This document shows positions 39,033 through 53,759 of a DNA stretch of 64,000 nt, one piece after another; within the stretch, counting starts at the first letter, position 1, and the number at the start of each line of letters is the position of its first letter. The notes below the pieces were generated by a model. The model searched no databases. It was not told the origin of the DNA and was given only the letters and a program-made list of their open reading frames with translations. Made by a program: the position numbers and the translations under genes. The stretch is from Eledone cirrhosa (taxonomy: Eukaryota). The stretch is taken from NCBI GenBank assembly GCA_964016885.1, contig OZ024741.1, positions 125,178,001 through 125,242,000 of the forward strand. The letters are read 5' to 3'.

Positions 39033-40905
39033 CTGGTTTCAGTAATTGGGTTGGGGCCAATCTGGTGTAGCGGCATGAAGTGTTTCATCCCCATTACTCA
39101 TATATTCATATATGAATTGGCAGAATTTTAAGAGCATCAAATTAAGTGCCTTGGTATTTGTTCCAGCTCTCTGTGTTCTGAGTTCAAATCTTGTCGGGAT
39201 CAACTTTACCTTTCATCAGTTTATGGTCGATAAATACATTAGCATTCCCAGGCGGTAAATAAACGGGACTGGGCTATCTGCTCACGTTCTCTGTGTTCCG
39301 ATTTCAAATCGGCTTCTTATTACTAGAAAACTGATGACATATCTGTCAGAACTTGCAGCCGACTGACAGTAATAGCAATGAAAATTCCAATGGAAGCACA
39401 GTTTTCTTAGTCCGACAAGATAACCGGCTTTCTTTCCTTTCATTGCGCTCCAAAAGACATTCACCGAATGGAATGAAGTATCATCCTATCAAATACGCAG
39501 CAGTAAGCCAAAACCAATAACTGGTGTTTCGTTGGAGCAGAGCACTTGATTCAAGTTGTTATAATTCACTTAAATTTTAGTAGTTAATTTGTGAATTTCT
39601 GAAACACTCGCCTGGCTATAGAGACACTATTAATGAAATATGTATCACTCATAAAGCTTGACGCCGGGTAGCAAGATTCTAAGCAGCAAACTTTCTCAGC
39701 TTTCAATGAACGACATATGCAATCTTATAGCTGTGATAAATCATCTAATATTAGAGTTCGCTTATAACACGAATTCTCTTATAAATTTTTTAAAGTTTTG
39801 CACAAAACCATTCGCAGTGCTGGTAACACTCTGATCAAACCAACTGAACAGTTTACGTAGAAAACACAAGGTATTAATAAAAGCCCGCTGCAAGTGGCTG
39901 GAATGCAACCAAAATGTTAAACCAGAATCATCCATGGAGGCTTAACTCTTGTGGGTGTCGTAGAGATGCCGTCACTACACAGATTCGGCACGACACACTG
40001 TGTGGCAAGGCTGGACTTTTGAATACAGATACAGTCCATTCGATGGGCTTCCAAGCAGTCCCATCTATCCAGTTTCTCTCCCAAGGAATTGGTCGACCAG
40101 AGGCTATAGCAAATGACACTCGCTTAAGATGCCAGGCAATCAGATAGAACCCTGGACCTAATAATCGTTAACCGAACTTTTTGAACATCCAGCCGTGCTG
40201 CATCTACAATGTTGTGCTGAAATAAGCAGAAATACTAAACAATTACACACCTGATATGTTGACTTAGGTCATGGTTAGTGTTAAGCCATGCTTCCATTTC
40301 TAACTGGTTTTGTTGGGATGGTACATAACCACATCTTATCTGTAAATACATTTACAAATTACCTATTAAGATGGACATGGGCATGTTTCAGAAAATGGGA
40401 ATAGGATGGTCCGAAAATAATGTTACAGCATTCTCAGGAAAAACATTGTTTAAACTTGTTCATTGTTTCTATATTTGTTAAACAGATATATCTTTATAAA
40501 TGAATAACAGATATATCTTTATATAAATTTAACTACAGATATGGCACTTTCATAATTCGAAAAATATCAGTTTTCAGGGAAAAAAGAAATATTTGCGAAG
40601 AAAACCAATAACAACTGACAAATATCTTGATGGACACCCATGTAGATAATGCATTAATTTAGTTTTTATTATGAATTTCTTCTTACTTGTCTAATATCAG
40701 TTATATATTACTAACATTCACAATATATGGCGACAGACCATTGTGTGTAGATACACTGAGGGCGGGCAAATCAAATCAATACCAGACAAATGAATCTCTA
40801 ACCGGAGCCGGACAAACTATATCCACAAATATGGATCCTTTCGCCCCAAAACTTAAGAACCTAAAGTCAACATTGAATCTTAGAATCTGATGCACAGAAA
40901 AGTAC

Positions 40906-40957
<52 letters not shown>

Positions 40958-40971
40958 CTGTGTCTCTGTGT

Positions 40972-41007
<36 letters not shown>

Positions 41008-41014
41008 TCTGTGT

Positions 41015-41114
<100 letters not shown>

Positions 41115-41675
41115 TGTATATATGTTCATTTGATAAAATATTTTTCTACAAGACTATTTAGTTTATTGTATTGACAACTCCTATCATGTTTGCCATATGT
41201 ACTGTGCATGTAAAATAAAAACTATTTTCAGTTACGTGATCAGCGTACAAAGAGTAACAGCAATGAGTAAACTAAGTAATATGAAATAAATATGAACTAT
41301 TCTCTAATCTAGCATTTACCACTCTTTTATTTGTTTGCAAATTCTTACGTGTGGTTAAATATATACATATAAGATTGTGTAGGGCAGATCAAAGGAGAGA
41401 TACAAAATAACAAATTAGTCACAGAGGAGGTCACAGAATAAGTGATGAAAGAACTTCGACAATAAATAAACTACCATCCGGTGATTAAACCAACCAACTG
41501 GAAATTTGTATTAAATTGAAGTGAAAACCAACAGGTGCGTGTGTTTTTATTGGCAGCATGACCCTCCCAAAGTACAACAATATTTGTTTCAACACACGTT
41601 TTCAGATAAGAAATCTAGCAAAACAAATACAAAAATGAAGTATATATATATATATGTTTATCCCGGGTTAAATCG

Positions 41676-41836
41676 GGTAACCACAGTAAGTAAGGTACTC
41701 AATACATAGCAGAGTATAAATATTTAATATAGAAATGGCTTCTACAGGACTAGAACAGTTTATTTCGGGAGAAATCATCAGGAAACTTTGATGATTTCTC
41801 CCGAATGAAACAGTTCTAGTTCTGTAGAAGCCATTT
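41676..41836. repeat. Fold-back pLTR cassette of HHR family C
   Basis: 41733-41782 is inverted to 41786-41836, and both arms carry degenerate copies of the HHR at 52975-53025. Confidence 0.75.
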
Positions 41837-41985
41837 ATATATATATATATATATTTATATGAAAAAGAAGACAAGAATGACTTCAATGGTAGTTGGTATT
41901 CTTTAATAATTCAAAATCTTTAGTCAGTTTTGGTAAGTCGTTATTGATATTAGTTCTGATTAGTTCTGATAAGTCGTTATTTATA

Positions 41986-42037
<52 letters not shown>

Positions 42038-42598
42038 GTGTGTGTGTGTGTGTGTGTATGTATATATATGTTAACATCGGATAAATAAATAAATAAATAA
42101 ATATATCTCATACCTCGAATATTTTCTTTATTTCATATTCCATATAACTTTCACCATCAATTTTCCTCGTAATAAATTCTGGCAGATTTTGGTTTTATCC
42201 GTTGTTTTTCTACTTCTTTAAATATAACCGAATACAAAACTTCTCTTAATCCTCTTTTCCTCCATTTGTGTTTACGGGGCATGTTTGATTTTAATCTCAT
42301 TTGCTTGCTTCATGGTGTTATTGTCTCTTTGATGATGCCGTTTTATTAGAACTGACTACATAATTAACAAACCGTACCGAAATAACAAAGCGTAAAAAAA
42401 AAATCATTTTCCTGCCCCGCAAGATATGTAACCAGTAAAAAATATACCTGAATTATATCTAAATCTAGAGATTATTTAGGAGTGATTTGTATTATATTAA
42501 AGCTGTAGGATGTGTCATGTAAAATGTCTTTAACGTTGGACAGGAGATGGTAAGAGAGAAAGAGAGGGAGAGAGAGGGAGAGAGAGAGTGTGTGTGTG

Positions 42599-42660
<62 letters not shown>

Positions 42661-43026
42661 GGGGGGGGTGTTCCAGAGAAAGAGAAAGAGAAAAGCGAGG
42701 TAGGGTGGCAGCAACGCCGAAATTCTTTTTTTTTTATTCATTTCATGTCTTTATGGAAAGGTGATGGTATGTGAGTGGGTATGCGAATAAAAAGACAGTG
42801 AGAGTGAAATAGAAAGGGAACTGTGGGGGTAGTGGGGTTGGTAGGGTTGACAGCAACTACGAAATAATATTTGTTAATCCCGGATAGAATCCTGCGAAAA
42901 ATATATCCATTTTTCGGTTACTAATACTATATGTCAGTCTCAACACCTACAAGAAGGATTCGGGAATTGTACTCAACAGGTACAGAGATGGATCAGATAT
43001 CTCTAAAAATCCTATCTGATACTTTA

Positions 43027-43221
43027 ATAATTGTTTCTACTTTTGGCACAAGGCCAGCAACTACCCAGTGCATTACTGGTACTTTATTTTATCGACCCCG
43101 TAAGGATGAAAGGCAAAGTTAACCTCAGCGGGATTTGAACTCAGAATGGCAAGGGCCGTAACTCTATGCGTCAAAGCATGGCGTCCGACCCTCTACCGAT
43201 ACTGCCAATCCACCGCCCCTT
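43027..43221 (-). mobile_element. SINE family A
   Basis: Full-length, low-divergence reverse copy. Confidence 0.88.
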
Positions 43222-43354
43222 TCTAATACTTTAATAATACCACTAACACACCACTTCCTGCACTAGTATTTTATTCCTCGACACCGTAAGGAGTAAATAC
43301 AAAGTTGACCTCTGCAGGATACGAGATCAGGGCACTGGGTGTCGGAATGTATAT

Positions 43355-43735
43355 TACTTGTACTTGTACTTGTGTCGACATTCACCCTGGACGGGTTGAG
43401 CCGGCTTCTTCCCTTGTCCTGACGGCATCCCAAACCATGGCAGCCCACGCACGACGGTCGCGTGCTAGGTCACTGGAGATAGCGAGCCAGTCACGGTTCC
43501 ATCGGCGCAGGCCGACCACCTGCGGACCTGAGAGTTCGGAGAGGTCCTTCTTGATCGAAGTCACCCAGGTCTTCAGCTGCCCGCCAACGGGAGTGGAGGC
43601 GGGAGGAGAAAATCGCGGACCAGCTCACCCTCAGGGCGCCGGGCTGCGTGACCAAACCATCTCAAGCGCCGTTGCAGAAGCACTGAAGGAAGGGCTCGAA
43701 GATTCAGGCGAAGAGGAAGACTGGCGGTAGGTACC
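43355..43735 (-). mobile_element. RTE-clade LINE 3' fragment with (CAAGTA)n tail
   Basis: LLQRRLRWFGHAARRPEGELVRDFLLP; WLAISSDLARDRRAWAAMV. The tail reads ACTTGTACTTGTACTTG on the plus strand. Confidence 0.82.
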
Positions 43736-43764
43736 CGATCAACGCGTATATAGTAGGATATGGA

Positions 43765-44092
43765 TCGTAACTTCTGATGGAGTCGTAAGTGTGCTGTATT
43801 GACATACGGCGTTTCTAGACCATTTTGTGTCAATCTTATCTCAAGTTCTCCTGAATACAGAAAATTTCTTCTACAGAAGGATAGAGCGTGAGAGAATGGA
43901 AATGAGGAGGAGATAATGAGAAAGAATATATTCCAGTAGTACAAGTACAGGGCTGGTACTTTTTTATCGACCTCGAATTGATGAAAGGCAAAGTTGGCCT
44001 CGGCGAGATTTGAACTGAGAGAGGAGAGAGCTGGAACGAAAACCGCAAAGCATTCTATCCGACGTTATAACGACTCTGCCAATTCACCGCCT
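43765..44092 (-). mobile_element. SINE A-related long-tail variant (also 46369-46826 plus strand and ~24990-25240 minus strand)
   Basis: The family A core is followed by a different ~200-nt tail (CTGTATTCAG..TCTAGAAACGCCGTATGTCAAT..TACGACTCCA..AGAAGTTACG) shared with 46720-46826. Confidence 0.6.
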
Positions 44093-44332
44093 ATGGAATG
44101 TATATACTGAGAAACTTAATCTGATGTTCTGTTAACTCTGCTAATTCACCGTGTGTATGGGTACATACAGGGACATTTTATACATCTCAGTCCGCTTAGG
44201 TACGCTAACGTTCAAAGCAAACTGTTGGGGGTGGTGAGAGAAAATTAAGATTTGTAATGGTCTTATCTTCTCTTGATATCATTAAGTGAATTATATGGGC
44301 GTAAGAGTATGTATATATATATATATGCATGC

Positions 44333-44448
<116 letters not shown>

Positions 44449-44619
44449 CAATTGTTATGAACGTGTGTGTGTGTGTGTTTATATATATATGTGTGTATAT
44501 ATCAATCTGCACCTCTAATTATATTTGTATGGTCGTGTGTATGTGTATGCGTGTTGTTTATACATGAGTATATATTAATATGCACCAATATAAACATTTG
44601 TATGCATATAGTTACGTCC

Positions 44620-45235
44620 CTTTACATTTTGAGCAAAATCCCGCCGAGGTTAGCTTTGCCTTACATCTTTACAGAGTGAATAAAATAAAATACCAGTAAT
44701 TCACTGGAGTTGATTTAATCGACTTTCCCACTCCTTAAACATGTTCGGCCTTGTGCCTCAATCAGAAACCATTGTTATTAGGATAGTGGATTAGCAGTAT
44801 CGTTAGAGCGTCGGACAACATGTTTTGCAGCCTATAGTTACAACCCTTTACATTCTGAGATCAAATCCTGCCGAGGTTAGCTTTGCTTTCATCCTTATGG
44901 GCTCGATAAAATAAAGTACCAGTAGTGCACTGGTTCGATTTTATCTGCTTTCCCCTTCCTCCAAAGTGTTTGGCCTTGAGCCTAAATCAGTAACCATTAG
45001 ATTTAGGATGGTGAGATGACATTGTTGATAGAGTATCGGATAAAATGCCTTGTGGTGTTTGTTCCGATTCTTACGGCGTCATTTCGAAAACAACCGGTGT
45101 CAGCATCGTCTTTCATCTTTCTGGGAGTCGATAAAATACCAATTTCATACCTATAAAGGGGCTATGATCGATGCAAGCAACTTTACCATCAACCCCATAA
45201 TATACTGCCTTTTACCTAAATTAGAAACCATTATC
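44620..45235 (+). mobile_element. Three tandem SINE A copies
   Basis: Cores at ~44640, ~44870 and ~45110, each ending in ..AAACCATT. Confidence 0.75.
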
Positions 45236-47993
45236 ATATCTCGACTGTAAGACAAGACAAGTCTATCACTTCACCAGATTTTACAAGTGATTATCTGGTT
45301 TTTATTTGTTTTTGTGTTTTCTCTCCCAGCTTTGAGAGAGATGTTCAGAAATATTCGTGGATTTAAACGCAGAATACAAGTTAAGACTGTATCTCCTCAG
45401 CTGGGGATTTTGGGTTGTTGTTTTTTTTTTGTTAGTTTGTTCGTTTGTTTTGGGGCTTTTGTGTGTGTGTGTTTTTTTGTTTGTTTGTTTTTTTGTTTTT
45501 TTGTGTCTTATAACTTCTCAAGTCTACAAATCTTTATCAAATACTTTATCTGTTCGACTGTTATCAGCCAGCAAATAATGTAACAGGATTAAAGATCTTA
45601 CCTGCAGTCCGCGTTGTATTTACTTGCGGATTAAGGACTCAATATTTGCCTAACATACAGAAAGAAATAACTATTCATTGTTGTACAATAGAATATTTAA
45701 ACAATTAATGTGAAGATAGCTATAGAGAATCCAGTTTGAAGCGGTATAAAATATACAGAAAACAGCAGCAATATAACTACACAACTACGCTGCAAGAGAA
45801 AACTTTACCAAATAATAGAATATGTTTGTATATTTGAAATACTATTTTAACGCTATATTTGTATATTTGTCGCATAAACAAAAAAAGCCATATTTATAGA
45901 ATAATTAATAATAGAATTGAAACATTTATTGCCGAAACAAAGAGAGGTTGTAATAGTTTTTTTTATAGTTGTTATTGATTCTGGTAACAACTGAGAGAAG
46001 AACGAGAGAGAAAAAAACAACAAAATACTTGTCTGTTTCTGACTAATATATCGGATTAAAGCTTATCTCTTTGTTTGCGATAAAATTCTATCATTGCAAA
46101 ATTTAACGATCTCAGCATTGATAGGATCCAACATTGCATTCTTTACGAAGAATCAATGTCAACTAATATTATTTTATCCAAATGCTATTTTAAACTAATC
46201 AATTACAATCCTGATAATTTATCAGAAATACAGTTTGCACACCAATCAAGCGAAAACATTATCCTTTACTATGAATGAATGAGTGAACACTACATATCAC
46301 AGTTAATGTCTATTGTTAGACGTCGTTTAACTAATCATTAGTAATTAGATTAATTAATTTGTAAATTAAGGACGGCGAATTGGCAGATCCATTAGAACGG
46401 CGAATAGAATTATTTGCGGTATTCGTTTCGGCTTTCTGTTCTCTAAGTTCAAATCTAGTCCCTGTTGGAAAGGAGGGGGTGTTACCCACCTGAAGGAAGC
46501 ACGTATGGATGGGGGAAAGAAAGTCAGAAACAGGCATTTATGTAGATATTAGAGAATTAAACACTTTCAAATACATTGTTTTGAACCCGAGTTCAACTTT
46601 GCATTTCGCCCATTCAAGGTCGATAGAAAAGTACCAGTCTAGTACTGGGATCCATTATTCCTCTATATTTCTTTCTCACTCTCTATATTTCTTTCTCACT
46701 TTTCTGAGAGAAGTCTGCTGTATTCAGTAGACCTGGAGAAGAGATGGGCTCCACCAGGTTTTAAAATGCTCTAGAAACGCCGTATGTCAATGTGGCGCCC
46801 ATACGACTCCAATAGAAGTTACGGGACTATGCATGCAAATTGTAAATTAGAAATTTAGTTGCCTTTCTTATGAAAGATACATGGTTTGATTCCCGCAGCG
46901 TCCCCTGTAATTCATTTTCCCGTCTCTAAGGGTAATTTACCCGATTTATTCGACTATTTCATGCATTATGGCAAATTTCATAAGAAGGAAATGGACATCA
47001 GTCAGTTTCGAGGATGATTGTTCCAGATGTTCGATCAACAGAAGAGCTTGCTCGTAGATGTAACATGTAAGTTGTGGAACATTCTACAGACACGTGTAAC
47101 ATTAAAGTAATTCTGAGATATATTCAGCATGATACAATGTGTGAAATAGTTAATTCCTTGAATTACAGATACAGTCCATCCGACGGGCTTCCAAACAGGT
47201 TCCGTCCACCCAGGTATCCTCACAAGACATGGGTCGAGCCGTGGCTACGGTAAATGACATATGTTCAATGGGTTTGAACTCAATGGGTTTGAACCCGTGT
47301 CTAGATCATTGAGAATAATAAGGCCATGGTTAGAACTATATGCCGTAAAGGAATTTACTTACACCGAGTTCAAATAATGCCGTGTCTATAAAAATAATAT
47401 TAGACCTAATGCCTATTTTAAAAGTAGAAAATTGAAGGATCTGATCATTAGATGAGGCCAAGCAAATAATATTTGTTTTCGTTGGTCTTTTAATTGCTAA
47501 TACTATCTAGGACGCGGGTAAGAAATGGCATCAGGAAGTGTCATGTGAACAAGAATGTTAGGTGTTTTTATGCCAGCATGAAGCTGTATATGCAATAGTG
47601 GGGACTGAGCGTCTAGATCTATCAGTGGTGTTGGTGTGTGTTTAAGGTGGAAGTGCATATTGTGAATGCATGGGTCTGTCTAAATATGTATCTGCCTGCA
47701 TCTTTATTACGATATATCTGTGAATGTATATATATGTATGCAACAGGTGTGAGCGCCTGATATAAATGGCGCCAGAGTTGTGTGCTTGCCTGTAAGTATG
47801 TGTCAGTTAGTTTATTTGTCAGTCGTGTATGTGTCTGTGTGTTTCCGTTTATGTAAGTGTATGTTGGTATCAGCTCATGTAAATTAGTACACACATCTAG
47901 GCGAGGCTATCTGCATTTGTGTGTATATATAGTGTGTGTTTTATGTGCATGTGTATTTTCCTATGTGTACATGGTCGTGTATGTCCTGATGAG

Positions 47994-48028
<35 letters not shown>

Positions 48029-48047
48029 GAATGTGTGTGCATGTATA

Positions 48048-48082
<35 letters not shown>

Positions 48083-48102
48083 TATGTGTATATATATATA
48101 TA

Positions 48103-48160
<58 letters not shown>

Positions 48161-48694
48161 TGTATAGATATAGATATACTTTTATACATATATATATAGA
48201 GAGAAAGAGAGGCGGGAGGGGGAAAGGTTGAGGATGTTCTTCGAAAATATAAATTCCCGCTTCTTGAATAATATGTATATGTATATATGTATTTACGTAT
48301 ATATATATGTGTGTGTGTGTGTTTGTGTGTGTATGTGTGTGTGTAAGTATGGGCATGTGTGTGTGTAAATTGTACGATTATATGATTATATATGTTAACC
48401 TTAAATACATTAACATCATTATTCGAAAACTTCAGCAACACCTTCTTGGTCTATAATTCTGTTTCCAAGACGTTAATTCTTTGGAAAGTCTGCGAGAGTG
48501 AATATTTCCCCATCTTCTTTCTTCCTTAAAATTATCGTTTCTTGTGTATTTTTATCTAGACTACCAAACACCATTTAACATAAACATTGCAGATAAGTGC
48601 AGGCTTTGTCTGGCTTTTAATTGCTATTTAAAATATACGATATTAAAAGGGTATATTTATTCTTTATAGGTCTCTGTATATTTATGTATATATA

Positions 48695-48734
<40 letters not shown>

Positions 48735-48832
48735 TGTGTGTCGGTGTGTGTGTGTGTGCGTGTGTATATATAAATATATACATATATATATATGTATATA
48801 ATGTATATGTATATATGCATATATATATATAC

Positions 48833-48871
<39 letters not shown>

Positions 48872-49226
48872 TTGCTTATATACATACATCCTTTGTTTTA
48901 GTAGTTAATAAGTACTTACCCTAAACATAGAATTGTTTGAACAGATCTTCCATGTTCCATCCGCCATTCCTCTCTCACTCTATACATGCGGTATTACAAA
49001 GCCCATCCTATTACCCATTACAATTCTTCATCTTTATCTTTATCTTTATCTTTACCTTTATATAAGCAATCTTTTCTTTTAAAGCATTAATCATTCTGAA
49101 ATTCCATATTTACTTTAATTCCTGCAGCTGTATGTATTTTACAGTACCTTTAGTGTATTCTCTTGTAAGGGGGCGGCGGTGGCGAATTGGTAGAGTCGTT
49201 AGGGAATTGGGAAGAGGAGGGGGAAT

Positions 49227-49228
<2 letters not shown>

Positions 49229-49258
<30 letters not shown>

Positions 49259-49382
49259 AAGAAGAAGAAGAAGAAGAAGAAGGGGGAGGAGGAGGAGGAG
49301 GAGGAGAAGAAGAAGAAGAAGAAGGAGGAGGAGGAGGAGGAGGAGGAGGAGGAGGAGAAGAAGAAGAAGAAGAAGGAGGAGG
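49229..49382. repeat. (AAG)n/(GAG)n polypurine microsatellite
   Basis: Read directly from the sequence. Confidence 0.95.
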
Positions 49383-49818
49383 GGTGGGGAGGGGGGGGGG
49401 GCGGGTAAAGCAAGTTAGTAAGAAACGAAATGTCTTTAGCTAAACGTCAGTAACTGTTGTTACAATACGTTTATTTTTTTCATCTTTAGTCTAGTGTTCT
49501 AATATTTCCATTATCTATAGCATCTGCCAATACACCCACCATTAGTTGGAGTCAGTTGCTTCTGATAAGATTCACTGGATGGTGTGCTTGAGGACATTGC
49601 CACACGAAGCCTCTCAGAAAAAAAAAATATTTCTTTATTTCATATAGGAATTACTTCTACAGGAATAGAACTGTTTCATTCGTTCGAAAACATCATAAAA
49701 GTCAAATAATTTTGATCAATTTTCACATTTATATATCCCGAGCAGGGGCTGAAGATGAAGAAGAAAACTGTGGCATAGCCAAATTTGAATTTTTATCATT
49801 TCGGGATTCATAAATAAC

Positions 49819-49888
<70 letters not shown>

Positions 49889-49912
49889 ATGTCTATATAT
49901 ATATATATATAT

Positions 49913-50102
<190 letters not shown>

Positions 50103-50179
50103 TATATATATATATGGGGGGGTATATATATACACATACAAAATATAAAACAATCAAATCTTAGTTTAATACATTTAAT

Positions 50180-50226
50180 TGCTGACAATTGTTTCTTCCA
50201 GACGAATGTCTGGAATCATCGGACCA
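50180..50226 (-). ncRNA. Degenerate type I HHR motif
   Basis: Minus strand reads TGGT-CCGATGA-TTCCAGAC-ATTC-GTCTGGAA-GAAAC-AATT-GTC-AGCA. It lies just inside an inverted repeat (50136-50175 / 50972-51011). Confidence 0.55.
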
Positions 50227-51187
50227 TACACAATGTTTAAACAGGTAATTATAATCCTAGTCTTCAGAACATTGATAAAGATACATAACTATTGACAGTG
50301 TCAGTTACATCACATATAAAAGCAGGAGTTACAAAAAGGTGTTATGTTTTAGAAATCACAGTAAGGTGAAAAGTGAAATATTGAGCATATTATATATAAA
50401 GATATTCTTTAAGGTAATACATGTGCAAAAGATACAAGCAAAAAAAGGTGTTAGAGAAGATAGATAAAAGATATAGCATTGAAAAGCAGGTAATGTTAAG
50501 GGTATATAATGCAAAAATTAATAAAGGTATGCATGAGGTAAGAGTTATATAATTAATAAAACAAGCATATCTCATACAGAATGTTGAAGCATGTTAAAAG
50601 TGTTAAAATGTTTAAAATGTTAAAAATGTTTTAAATGGCATGCAATATGATAGAGAAATATGTAATAATAAAATGAATAAATGTTGTTTAATCTATAATG
50701 CAAAAAACGTAAGTAATTGTCATTCAAGAATTATTATATTAGAGTTCGTGAGTAAATGTATATGTTGGGTGTAAAGCAAATGTAGTGTACATGGGATTTT
50801 TTAAATTTTAGTTGAGATGTGTTCGAGATGTGTACAGTTTAAAAATATATGTGTAGTAAAGATTAATTCCACTGTATTACTAGCCATGTTAATATAGGGA
50901 ATATATTATACAATACATTCCTATCTTTAAATTTTCTATTAAGAAATAGTTCACTTTAATAGTTCACTTTACATGTATTAAACTAAGATTTGATTGTTTT
51001 ATATTTTGTATCTCGGCTCTGTAATACATTTGATAATTTACATTGAGCCTTTTGTGTTACTGGTAATTGGCTAGTGCTTAGTACTACCCGCCATATTTAT
51101 AATTATATATAGATCATATATAAATATAAATATAATTATTAGTAATATATATATACAAAATTAAATTAAGGGTTGTCATGTCTGAGA

Positions 51188-51222
<35 letters not shown>

Positions 51223-52537
51223 GTATGTATAGTATATTAGGCAATATACCGTATGTTTAATTAAAAACATTTAGAAGACCATTCGCTATTAGTTTTAAGG
51301 TAGTGACTATGTCACTCTCCCTTAATTTTCGGCGAAAACAAAGGGAGACTGATTGACAGTCTGTTTCTTGCTGGTTGACGTTTATCAAAACCACTCACTT
51401 ACCCGCCTTCATATATATATGTATATAAAAAAAACAACTCGGTCGAGAGCTGAATTCGTTTTGTGCGGTTTTTGAAAATGTTTGCAATAACTACACATGC
51501 TGAATTCACTGGCCAAAATTGGGGTTTTCTCCCCTTAGAACCTCACATGTGCTTTCATAACCTGTGAGATTCTGGCGCACGAAGAACAAAAACCTGTTGA
51601 GAAAGCGATGCCTTGTTCGATCATTATACCAAAAGCTTATTTTTTATAAGTAGACAGTATTATTGATTTAGGTGTTGTAGAAACCCAATTTCGGAGTATT
51701 CCATGTTCTCCGAGGGTTCGGGTAACTATTTCAATCATATCTTATTTTGTTTGACCCGTTTAGCTTGTTCGCTTTTTTGACTAAGGTGGTTAATGGCTTC
51801 TTAACCATCGTCTCAGCGTGTATGACCATTTTAACTTATGTTTATAGCTCTGGTATCTTTATATCCATGGAGCGCTTGTCTGCACAATACGGAAGTTGCG
51901 TTTCGCTAATTTCTACCCGCCGAAATGCGATTCTCGCTAAATTTATATGTGTATATGTGTGTGTGCGTGTGGGGGTGTATGTGTGTGTGTGTATGTATAT
52001 ATATATATGTGTGTGTGTGTATTGGTTTGGTTCTATCTGAACCGGCCCCTATATGGTCACAGGGGCTGGCCTGCCAAGAACCATGAACCCTACTCATCCC
52101 ATCCCTCATATCATAACTTTGAAGTTGTTTGGAGTTGTTTGTTTAAACATTTTATACCATCTGACGAGCACGGGTCGAGAGATTGGGTAGGAAGAGTACA
52201 ACCTAGTCGTCGAGCCCAGTGAAACATGGATTTGGAAATAAATTTACACACAACTGCATATGGCCTTTACTGTATTTAATATTCTATAATGGTCCGGCTT
52301 TTACTATTCTCATATGTCGTTGAAGCTCTTCATTTAATCTGTATCACCACTGACCGACTAGAGTGTGGATTGTACAACCCTGATCGGTTAGCCACCAACT
52401 AAAATGATATATGTTTGTGTATGTTTGAGTGTGTGTATTTGTGCGTGTGTGTATGCATGTATGTATGTATGTATTATTTATATATATATATTTGACACAC
52501 ACACACACATATATATATGTGTGTGTATGTATATGTG

Positions 52538-52601
<64 letters not shown>

Positions 52602-52974
52602 TGAAAATATTTCAGGACCTCGACGGCTAAGCTCCGGCCGTTTCGACAGCTGGGATCTAGCTATTGAAACGCCCGGAGCTCAGCCATCGGGGCCCTGAAA
52701 TTTGTTATATTACCCACTCTACTACCCCAAATATTGAGTACTCTGGTGAGTAATGCTCTAACTGTTTTTAACCACCTCCAATATGTTTTTAACTGTTTTA
52801 ACCGCCTCCTGGGTTCAATTGGGAGTAACCACAGTAATCTACTCAATAAAAAGCTGAGTATAAATGTTTAATATAGAAAAGGCTTCTACAGGATAAGTAC
52901 TGTTTCATTTGGGGGTAACCACAGTAAGTAAGGTACTCGATACAAAGCAGAGTATAAATATTTAATATAGAAAA

Positions 52975-53025
52975 GGCTTCTACAGGACTAGAACTGTTTC
53001 ATTCGGGAGAAATCATCAGGAAGCC
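52975..53025 (-). ncRNA. Intact type I hammerhead ribozyme motif, family C
   Basis: GGCTTC-CTGATGA-T-TTC-TCCC-GAA-T-GAAA-CAG-TTCTAGTC-CTG-TA-GAAGCC. It is part of tandem pLTR-like copies at 52822-53030. Confidence 0.8.
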
Positions 53026-53676
53026 GACTGTCCAAGTAATATGGTGGTATTCTTTTCTGATTGGGATGGGTGGAGGTCATTGGTTGATGGGTTTAAAGAA
53101 AAGGGAATTCTTTAAAAACTATATTTAGAGTAACAAAGGCAGAAAGAATTCTATAGACAAGTTCAAACTGGGGTGCCACTCCTGGTTTTTAAGATTCACT
53201 TAAGCTAACACTGGCTAAGTCAGGTGTCTACAAACACACTCATACACTCGCACTAACACTCTCTTATACTTAACGGTATGTGTGTGTGTGTGTGTATATA
53301 TATACACACACACACACACACCGTTTATGTTACGTTGTCTAACAATGGGTGGAGATTCCTGTTAGTAAATGGTGATGCAATACAATAAAACACTCGACGT
53401 TATGCAGATGTGGCATCCAGTGGTTGTTGCAAGTACGGTATGAAATATTCCACCAACAGAAAGCCAGACTGGAAGCTTTATAGTTTTAATTCCGTGAAAA
53501 CACTAAACACTATTTAATGGCCCAGCTTCATCATCCGAACATAATGTAAGACCCAAGTTATATAAGAGAACAGGATTTTTGTGAACACAAACAAAGAATA
53601 GAAAATAGAGGACCGATTTTGATTCGGGGATGGCCTGCCTTATTCGTTTTATTGTAACAGCTGCAAATACCCAAAT

Positions 53677-53712
<36 letters not shown>

Positions 53713-53715
53713 TTG

Positions 53716-53752
<37 letters not shown>

Positions 53753-53759
<7 letters not shown>

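Noticed and set aside
49150-49413. Poly-K/E and poly-F/S ORFs
   Set aside because: Translations of the (AAG)n/(GAG)n microsatellite.
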